Translations under genes and position numbers: made by a program
From: an uncultured Prolixibacteraceae bacterium
GTDB taxonomy: Bacteria; Bacteroidota; Bacteroidia; Bacteroidales; Prolixibacteraceae
NCBI GenBank assembly: GCA_964611525.1
Contig: CAZTAL010000160.1
Span: 1-17,178 of the forward strand
Reading direction: 5' to 3'
Length of the DNA stretch: 17,178 nucleotides
The notes under the pieces: model-generated
The model's database searches: none
Told to the model about the DNA's origin: nothing
Seen by the model: the letters and a program-made list of their open reading frames with translations, nothing else
Part shown: piece by piece, positions 17,074 to 17,178 of the stretch
How the letters are laid out: every line of letters begins with the position of its first letter
Position numbering within the stretch: position 1 is the stretch's first letter

Positions 17074-17178
17074 AGACCTAATTTAAAAGTAGATCAATCA
17101 CTGTTATAATTTGTCTAAAAAGTTTGCTTGGTAAGTTATTCTTTTGAAAAATAATTATTTATCCTCAATAAGCTTTTG

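Noticed and set aside
1-17178. Search for tRNA-like T-loops (GTTCGAATC or GTTCAAATC), CRISPR-like direct repeats and transposase or integrase genes
   Set aside because: No convincing T-arm or cloverleaf was found. The only ttcgaat, at about 16823, lacks flanking complementary stems. No regularly spaced repeats and no recognisable recombinase ORF are present. The mobility of the island is therefore only inferred from composition and remnants.

Overview
This is an AT-rich window with Bacteroidota-like features: no Shine-Dalgarno sequences, A-rich start contexts, and ATGA-coupled starts and stops. It carries 15 to 17 protein genes, with no rRNA or tRNA genes, no CRISPR array and no recognisable transposase. 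The left 5.1 kb (2..5143, minus strand) is the most interesting region. It is a tightly packed four-gene operon encoding a phospholipase-D-family (PLD) nuclease fused to an SF2 (ResIII/DExH) helicase, a 76-aa protein, a coiled-coil ABC/SMC-type ATPase and a further gene that runs off the window. The gene content looks like a phage-defence system, but I cannot assign it to a described family. Its ATPase has an unusual DAPTSSFG Walker-B/D-loop, in which the catalytic Glu is replaced by Ala. The block is visibly more AT-rich than the rest of the window. It is followed by a 0.95-kb non-coding stretch containing a roughly 330-bp GC-rich island (5700..6030) of unclear nature, either a gene remnant or a structured RNA. 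Most of the remaining window encodes glycan and lipid functions. There is a GH130-family protein with an N-terminal extension and an internal insertion, translationally coupled to a polytopic membrane protein. There is an HxxxDG acyltransferase resembling wax ester synthase/diacylglycerol acyltransferase (WS/DGAT) and the NRPS condensation domain, co-operonic with a zinc-ribbon membrane protein. A GT4 glycosyltransferase is fused to an (alpha/alpha)6 glycosidase-like domain. A PlsC/LPLAT-type acyltransferase sits 7 nt upstream of a SAM-dependent methyltransferase. The window also carries a cold-shock protein with a clean intrinsic terminator, flotillin FloA, and a HigA-type antitoxin HTH gene. 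The antitoxin lacks both its expected N-terminal region and a toxin partner. All functional calls come from motif reading by eye; no searches were run.
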